DNA of 64,000 nucleotides from Tannerella sp. oral taxon 808 (GTDB lineage Bacteria; Bacteroidota; Bacteroidia; Bacteroidales; Tannerellaceae): NCBI GenBank assembly GCA_002890585.1, contig MIQB01000003.1, positions 6,727 to 70,726 of the forward strand, read 5' to 3'. Shown piece by piece: positions 60,152 to 64,000 of this stretch (position 1 is its first letter; each line of letters starts with the position of its first letter). The notes under the pieces were generated by a model. It saw only the letters and a program-made list of their open reading frames with translations, ran no database searches and was not told where the DNA came from. The position numbers and the translations under genes were made by a program.

Positions 60152-60643
60152 ATGAAGAAATTGAATCGCAAACTGATCCACGGCACCAACTGGGCGCTGG
60201 CGGGGTTGCTCTCTGTGTTGGGATTCTCTGGCTGTGGATGGGGAACTCAAGTGGAAGAGTATGGCACACCACATGCTGACTTCAAAGTCACGGGGCGCGT
60301 GACGGATGAGCAGGGCCAGCCGCTCTCGGGCGTGCGCGTGGTGACACCAAGTATGACAATGAAATGGCATGATTCCTTCAGTGAGTATCGCCAGACTAAC
60401 CCCCTCCGTGACACCGTGTACACCTCCGAAGATGGCACATTCGTCAGCCGCCCCGGCGGTGTCCCCACGGACTCGGTGTATGTACACATGAAGTTTGAAG
60501 ACCCCTCGGAGCGCCCGGCCTATGAGTCGGACAGCGTCACGGTCGGGTTTGCCCGGGGCGACCTGAAGGGCGGCGATGGGCATTGGTACAGAGGTGCGAC
60601 GGAGAAGAAGATCGAAGTCACGCTGAAGCGGAAGAACAAGTGA
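60152..60643 (+). CDS. Small lipoprotein, copy 1 of a tandem pair associated with the downstream radical-SAM/SPASM enzyme
   Basis: MKKLNRKLIHGTNWALAGLLSVLGFSGC lipobox. It shares core motifs with copy 2: FKVxGRVTDEQGxPxSGVR, PDSVYVxxKFEDP and DSVTVGFAxGDLKG. Confidence 0.6.
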   Translation: MKKLNRKLIHGTNWALAGLLSVLGFSGCGWGTQVEEYGTPHADFKVTGRVTDEQGQPLSGVRVVTPSMTMKWHDSFSEYRQTNPLRDTVYTSEDGTFVSRPGGVPTDSVYVHMKFEDPSERPAYESDSVTVGFARGDLKGGDGHWYRGATEKKIEVTLKRKNK

Positions 60644-60677
60644 TTAACCATAAACGAAAAGAAAGGGACACGAAACG

Positions 60678-61154
60678 ATGAAAAGATTCAAACGCAAACT
60701 GATCCGCGGTACCAACTGGGCGCTGGCGGGGCTGCTGACCATGTTGGGATTCTCCAGCTGTAGTAGGATTGGAGAGATGGAGTACGGTTCACCGAACGCC
60801 AACTTCAAGGTCATGGGCCGCGTGACGGACGAGCAGGGACGGCCGATCTCGGGCGTGCGCATCGTGGCGCCAAACGTGGAGGGGAAATGGGGTAAGCAGC
60901 AATATCCATCCCCACTTGACACGACGTATACCTCCCCAGACGGGAGTTACAGGTACTGGCACAACGCCGGATGGGCGCCGGATTCGGTGTATGTAAAACT
61001 GAAGTTTGAAGACCCCACGAGTAATCCCCTCTACGAGCCGGACAGCGTCACAGTCGGGTTTGCCAAGGGCGACCTGAAAGGTGCTTCTGGGGAATGGTAC
61101 CAAGGCGCGGCGGAGAAGAAGGTCAACATCACGCTGAAGCGGAAGAACAAGTAA
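60678..61154 (+). CDS. Small lipoprotein, copy 2 (paralog of 60152..60643)
   Basis: MKRFKRKLIRGTNWALAGLLTMLGFSSC lipobox. Its stop TAA overlaps the rSAM start (TAATG). Confidence 0.6.
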   Translation: MKRFKRKLIRGTNWALAGLLTMLGFSSCSRIGEMEYGSPNANFKVMGRVTDEQGRPISGVRIVAPNVEGKWGKQQYPSPLDTTYTSPDGSYRYWHNAGWAPDSVYVKLKFEDPTSNPLYEPDSVTVGFAKGDLKGASGEWYQGAAEKKVNITLKRKNK

Positions 61155-62242
61155 TGAACGACGCCAAGATCGACCTCAGGAAGCGGATCGCATTGGAGAC
61201 CTTCCGCCGCATGCACCTCAACCGCGTGAAGCTGCACGAGCTCCGGACGCTCTTCTGGGAGTGCACCCTGCGCTGCAATGTGGCCTGCCGCCATTGCGGA
61301 AGCGACTGCCGCGTCTCGTCGCTACAGCCCGATATGCCCATGCAAGACTTTCTGCGCGTGGTGGACGAGATCACGCCACACGTCAATCCGCACAAGGTGC
61401 TCGTCATCTTCACCGGTGGCGAGGCACTCGTTCGGCCCGACATCGAGGCGTGCGGCCGCGAGCTCTACCGCCGCGAGTACCCCTGGGGCATCGTCTCCAA
61501 CGGGATGCTTTTCGCCGAGCGGCTGCCTGGCCTGCTGGCCTCCGGCATGCGCTCGGCCACGATCAGCCTCGACGGCTTTGAGGATGATCACAACTGGATG
61601 CGCGGCCACCGCAACAGCTTCCGCAACGCCACCGCCTCGATTCGTGCCCTGGCCGAGGTGGATGATGTGAATTGGGACGTCGTCACCTGCGCCAACCGCC
61701 GCAACTTCGACGATCTGCCCCGCTTCAAGCACTATCTGCTCGGGCTTGGCGTCCATCGTTGGCGCATCTTCACCGTCTTCCCCGTCGGCCGCGCCGCCCG
61801 CGTCCCCGAGCTGCAACTCACCGATGCGCAGTTTGTCAGCCTCATGCGCTTCATCCGCGATTCGCGTCGCGAGGGCCTCGAGGTCGCTTACGGCTGTGAG
61901 GGCTTCCTCGGCGGCTACGAGATGGGCGTCCGCGACCACTTCTACGAGTGTTCAGCGGGTGTCACCACGGCCTCCGTCTTGGCCGACGGCTCCATCTCTG
62001 GCTGCCCCAGCATCCGCGCCAACTATTACCAGGGCAACATTTACAGCGACAGCTTCATGGACGTCTGGGAGCACCGCTTCCGCCCCTATCGCGACCGCGA
62101 GTGGATGCGCAGCGGCGAGTGTGCCGATTGCAAGCTCTTCCGCTATTGCGAGGGAAACGGCATGCACCTGCGCGATGGCGACGGCCGCCTGCTCGTCTGC
62201 CACCATCGGCGCATCACGCAGGGGCTGAAGGCGGAAGGCTGA
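61154..62242 (+). CDS. Radical SAM enzyme with a C-terminal SPASM-like auxiliary Fe-S cluster domain
   Basis: CNVACRHC (CxxxCxxC) rSAM motif and a VLVIFTGGEALVRPD glycine-rich SAM motif. C-terminal Cys cluster GCPSIRANYYQGN...ECADCKLFRYCEG. The start was set at 61154, which is translationally coupled to copy 2 of the lipoprotein. Confidence 0.8.
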   Translation: MNDAKIDLRKRIALETFRRMHLNRVKLHELRTLFWECTLRCNVACRHCGSDCRVSSLQPDMPMQDFLRVVDEITPHVNPHKVLVIFTGGEALVRPDIEACGRELYRREYPWGIVSNGMLFAERLPGLLASGMRSATISLDGFEDDHNWMRGHRNSFRNATASIRALAEVDDVNWDVVTCANRRNFDDLPRFKHYLLGLGVHRWRIFTVFPVGRAARVPELQLTDAQFVSLMRFIRDSRREGLEVAYGCEGFLGGYEMGVRDHFYECSAGVTTASVLADGSISGCPSIRANYYQGNIYSDSFMDVWEHRFRPYRDREWMRSGECADCKLFRYCEGNGMHLRDGDGRLLVCHHRRITQGLKAEG

Positions 62243-62299
62243 AGGCGAAAAGCGAGGAATGCGAAGTCCTGCTGGCCGGTTCGTGCGAATCAGCCGGCA

Positions 62300-62745
62300 G
62301 GACTTTCTTTTTGGTGCTTGAGAATCATTTCACACACTGTGAAAAGGGTGTGCAGGCCTTGCATAGTCATTTCACACACTGTGAAAAGGCCGCGCAAGCC
62401 TTGCATGGTCATTTCACACACTGCGACGACGCTGTGCAAGTGTTGCATAGTCACGCCGCACACTGTGAAAAGGCCATGCAAGCCTTGCATGATCATTTCA
62501 CACACTGTGACGACGCTGTGCAAGTGTTGCATAGTCATTTCACACACTGTGAAAAGGCCAGCAAGCCTTGCATGATCATTTCACACACTGCGACGGCGCT
62601 GTGCAAGTGTTGCATAGTCACGCCGCACACTGTGAAAAGGCCAGCAAGCCTTGCATGATCATTTCACACACTGCGACGACGCCATGCAGACCTTGCACAG
62701 TCATTTCATACACTGCGACGGCGCCATGCAGGCGCTTGCCCAAGT
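62300..62745. repeat. Tandem array of about 10 units of 41-42 bp. Two subtypes alternate, giving an 84-bp super-period: A is catttcacacactgtgaaaaggcc.tgcaagccttgcatg.t and B is catttcacacactgcgacgacgctgtgcaagtgttgcatagt. Each carries the atgcaag-cc-ttgcat palindrome.
   Basis: All 10 units were aligned directly. Units 6 and 8 are 41 bp, which breaks any single reading frame. Confidence 0.85.
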
Positions 62746-62754
62746 AAATAGCAA

Positions 62755-62798
62755 AGCCCCCGAACCTTCTTCTGATGAAGATCCGGGGGCTTTTTTCT
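62755..62798. terminator. Rho-independent terminator (gccccc-N23-gggggc + T6), usable in both directions. It ends the repeat transcript on the plus strand and asnS on the minus strand.
   Basis: Stem and T-run read directly. A second hairpin + tttcttttt at 62258..62305 separates the rSAM gene from the array. Confidence 0.5.
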
Positions 62799-62815
62799 CT
62801 AAACAGCTACCGCGG

Positions 62816-64000
62816 TCAGAACTCGGCGTTCTTCGGCGTGCGGGGGAAGGGGATCACGTCGCGGATGTTGGCCATGCCCGTCACGAAGAGCAGTAGGCGC
62901 TCGAAGCCGAGGCCGAAGCCGGAGTGGGGGCAGGCACCGAAGCGACGCGTGTCGAGGTACCACCACATGTCCTTCATGGGGATGTGCAGCTCCTCGATGC
63001 GGGTTTGCAGCCGGTCGAAGTCGGCCTCACGCTCGGAGCCGCCGATGATCTCGCCGATCTTCGGGAAGAGCACGTCCATGGCGCGCACCGTGCGTCCGTC
63101 GTCGTTCTGCTTCATATAGAAGGCCTTGATCTCCTTCGGGTAATCGGTCAGAATGACAGGCCGCTTGAAGTGCTGCTCCACGAGGAAGCGCTCATGCTCC
63201 GCGGCCAGATCGGCGCCCCAATAGATAGGGAATTCGAACCGGGTGCCGTCGGCCACGGCCTTTTCCAAGATGCGGATGCCCTCGCTGTATGCCAGTCGCA
63301 CGAAGGGCGCCTGGAGGACGCCCTCGAGGCGGGCGATCAGCTCCTTGTCGAACATGTCGTTGAGGAAGCGGAGGTCGTCAGCGCAGTGGTCGAGCACCCA
63401 CCGGACACAGTATTTGATGAACTCCTCGGCCAGGTCCATGTTGTCCTCGATCTCGTAGAAGGCCATCTCCGGTTCGATCATCCAAAACTCGGCCAGGTGG
63501 CGCGGCGTGTTGGAGTTTTCGGCGCGGAAGGTGGGCCCGAAGGTGTAGATCTCGCCGATGCCCATCGCGCCCAGCTCGCCCTCCAGCTGCCCGGAGACGG
63601 TCAGGCTGCTGCGGCGGCCGAAGAAGTCGGCGTCGTAGTCCACACTGCCATCTTGTCGCCTCGGCGGATTGGACACGTCGAGCGTGGTGACTTGAAACAT
63701 CTGCCCAGCGCCCTCGGCGTCGGAGGCGGTGATGATCGGTGTGTGGAGGTAGAAGAATCCCTTCTGGTGGAAGAAGGTGTGGATGGCCATCGCCATGTGG
63801 TGACGGATGCGGAGGACGGCGCCGAAGGTGTTCGTGCGCGGCCTCAGGTGGGCAATCTCGCGGAGGAACTCCATCGAGTGCCCCTTCTTCTGCAGCGGAT
63901 AGGTGGTGGGGTCGGCCGGCCCAAGCACCTCGATGCTTGCGGCCTGAACCTCTACCGTCTGCCCTTTGCCCTGCGAGCGGACGAGCCGTCCCTTGACACG
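62816..64000 (-). CDS. asnS: Asparagine--tRNA ligase, 5'-truncated at the window edge
   Basis: Class II aaRS motifs (...[19 protein letters not shown]..., ...[12 protein letters not shown]..., [12 protein letters not shown]). Manual translation shows the frame stays open to position 64000 ([31 protein letters not shown]...). Confidence 0.9.
   Translation of the reverse strand, partial: RVKGRLVRSQGKGQTVEVQAASIEVLGPADPTTYPLQKKGHSMEFLREIAHLRPRTNTFGAVLRIRHHMAMAIHTFFHQKGFFYLHTPIITASDAEGAGQMFQVTTLDVSNPPRRQDGSVDYDADFFGRRSSLTVSGQLEGELGAMGIGEIYTFGPTFRAENSNTPRHLAEFWMIEPEMAFYEIEDNMDLAEEFIKYCVRWVLDHCADDLRFLNDMFDKELIARLEGVLQAPFVRLAYSEGIRILEKAVADGTRFEFPIYWGADLAAEHERFLVEQHFKRPVILTDYPKEIKAFYMKQNDDGRTVRAMDVLFPKIGEIIGGSEREADFDRLQTRIEELHIPMKDMWWYLDTRRFGACPHSGFGLGFERLLLFVTGMANIRDVIPFPRTPKNAEF

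Noticed and set aside
61948..62658. 236-aa ORF spanning the rSAM 3' end and the repeat array
   Set aside because: Its first 100 codons are an alternate frame of the rSAM gene. Only the repeat-encoded part is of interest, and that is covered in the findings.

Overview
This 64 kb window is a chromosomal segment of roughly 60% GC from a Bacteroidota (Bacteroidales-like) genome, and both ends fall inside genes (pncB 5'-truncated, asnS 5'-truncated on the minus strand). The phylum call rests on T9SS C-terminal-domain proteins, Sus-like TonB-dependent receptors with lipoprotein partners, and Bacteroidetes-style TAnnTTTG promoters. Recognisable content is mostly housekeeping and transport genes.

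The corrinoid-related content is prominent. One locus has a cobalamin riboswitch followed by two TonB-dependent receptors and a CbiK-fold lipoprotein. A second, divergent locus has a riboswitch followed by btuB, a beta-propeller lipoprotein and a BtuF-like binding protein. The lower-ligand assembly genes cobU-cobT-cobS-cobC lie beside a flavodoxin gene.

About half of the intergenic regions contain tandem-repeat arrays, which is unusual. Units run from about 21 to 60 bp and most carry internal dyad symmetry. They sit alongside two families of REP-like palindromes.

The best candidates for an undescribed system are these:
- A translationally coupled cassette of two paralogous small lipoproteins and a radical-SAM/SPASM enzyme, followed by a terminator-bracketed 42/84-bp array that in one frame encodes His/Cys-rich 14-residue repeats.
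- Two paralogous low-GC hypothetical proteins with Lys/Pro/Gly-rich tails sharing a GGGDDIH motif, each downstream of its own tandem array.
- An operon of a lipoprotein and two zinc-ribbon membrane proteins in which one paralog is frameshifted at an A4 run and the other has an in-frame TGA followed by a 48-codon extension.

Other observations are C9 and G9 homopolymer tracts in putative promoter or leader regions, a sodium:alanine symporter interrupted by an in-frame TAG, and an orphan promoter plus terminator pair suggesting a roughly 270-nt sRNA.

The ORF track appears to translate GTG starts as M, and several start codons were re-assigned by hand.
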